Shown here piece after piece: positions 63,428 through 64,000 of a stretch of DNA of 64,000 nt. Both the position numbers and the translations under genes were made by a program. The stretch's first letter is position 1; every line of letters begins with the position of its first letter. This DNA comes from a virus. Taxonomy: Duplodnaviria; Caudoviricetes. Location of the stretch: IMG/VR virus record IMGVR_UViG_3300020050_012045, positions 32,001 through 96,000 of that record; one strand, written 5' to 3'. The notes beneath the pieces were generated by a model. The model was not told the origin of the DNA. It saw nothing but the letters and a program-made list of their open reading frames with translations, and did not search any database.

Positions 63428-64000
63428 CGGTTCGTGAACTTGGCGATGATATCGGGCAGGATTTTTTCGTTCCATTCGTCAGAAAGCTCGTAGTATGTAG
63501 TTACCAACGACTGTAAGCCCTCCTTAGCTGGACGGTTCCATTTACGCCCCCGCATCGATTCTGATGCGATCCGGTACGTAGTCATAGACCTATCTACCTT
63601 CCCGGTATCATGGTTCATTGTTTGTTTAATATTCAGCCCATTCAAAGCTGGTGAACTCCAAGCTTCGTTATGCTTGGTTGCCCCACGCTGTAATCCCCCC
63701 AGGTTCAGCCGATGAAGAGTGCCTTCTTTTGGCTTACCGTCTGGGCCACGTTCCAGCTTGGTGTACGGGATGTTACGCTTCTTAAGCTCTTGACGCATGG
63801 TCTGGGTGATAGACTGAGCCATGGGTGTCTGGTTCTGTGGGGCCTTATTGTGGCTGAACGGGACTACCAAGTATCGCTCACCTTTGGCGTTGATCTTGGC
63901 TTTTGGCGACTTTAAGAGGAAATCTAACATGCTCCCCGCATGGTACCCCTCTTCAATCCATGCTATTTTATCAGGAATTACTATAGAATAGACACCCTCG
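63424..64000 (-). CDS. putative neck/tail completion protein, 5' truncated by the window edge
   Basis: Frame stays open to the window end (…AWIEEGYHAGSMLDFLLKSPKAK…RYLVVPF…TYRIAS…W). Confidence 0.6.
   Translation of the reverse strand, partial: EGVYSIVIPDKIAWIEEGYHAGSMLDFLLKSPKAKINAKGERYLVVPFSHNKAPQNQTPMAQSITQTMRQELKKRNIPYTKLERGPDGKPKEGTLHRLNLGGLQRGATKHNEAWSSPALNGLNIKQTMNHDTGKVDRSMTTYRIASESMRGRKWNRPAKEGLQSLVTTYYELSDEWNEKILPDIIAKFTNR

Noticed and set aside
1-64000. CRISPR array
   Set aside because: No regularly spaced direct repeats seen; the recurring octamer is dispersed and tied to gene starts

Overview
A 64 kb segment of a large lytic myovirus-type phage genome (standard code 11; no integrase, CRISPR array, rRNA or reverse transcriptase seen). 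The minus strand carries virion genes in several separated blocks: neck/terminator, sheath, tube, an approximately 16 kb fibre/appendage block with a holin, head-associated genes, tail chaperones, tape measure, hub, spike and baseplate. The plus strand carries islands of mostly small early genes: a beta-clamp-like protein, DUF932, a Dda/RecD2-like helicase, SLOG, RNase H, an Rnl1 RNA ligase, a HAD phosphatase, a Pol-beta nucleotidyltransferase, an adenine methyltransferase and a HicB-like protein. Two promoter classes can be read from the DNA. The first is an invariant octamer CAATCTTT, found by eye 11 times, always on the minus strand and always just upstream of a virion-gene start (candidate phage late promoter). 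The second is sigma70-type promoters that mostly place +1 on the ATG (leaderless early mRNAs). The most unusual locus is 42052-42385: a promoter-driven non-coding transcript predicted to fold into three tandem cloverleaf/four-way-junction RNAs (only the middle one is a recognisable, degenerate tRNA) followed by a long hairpin. Also notable are a shared N-terminal peptide tag on three appendage proteins, a +1 frameshift at the start of a paralogous gene, and a ClpP with a signal-like N-terminus. All product calls come from motif recognition by eye, not database searches.
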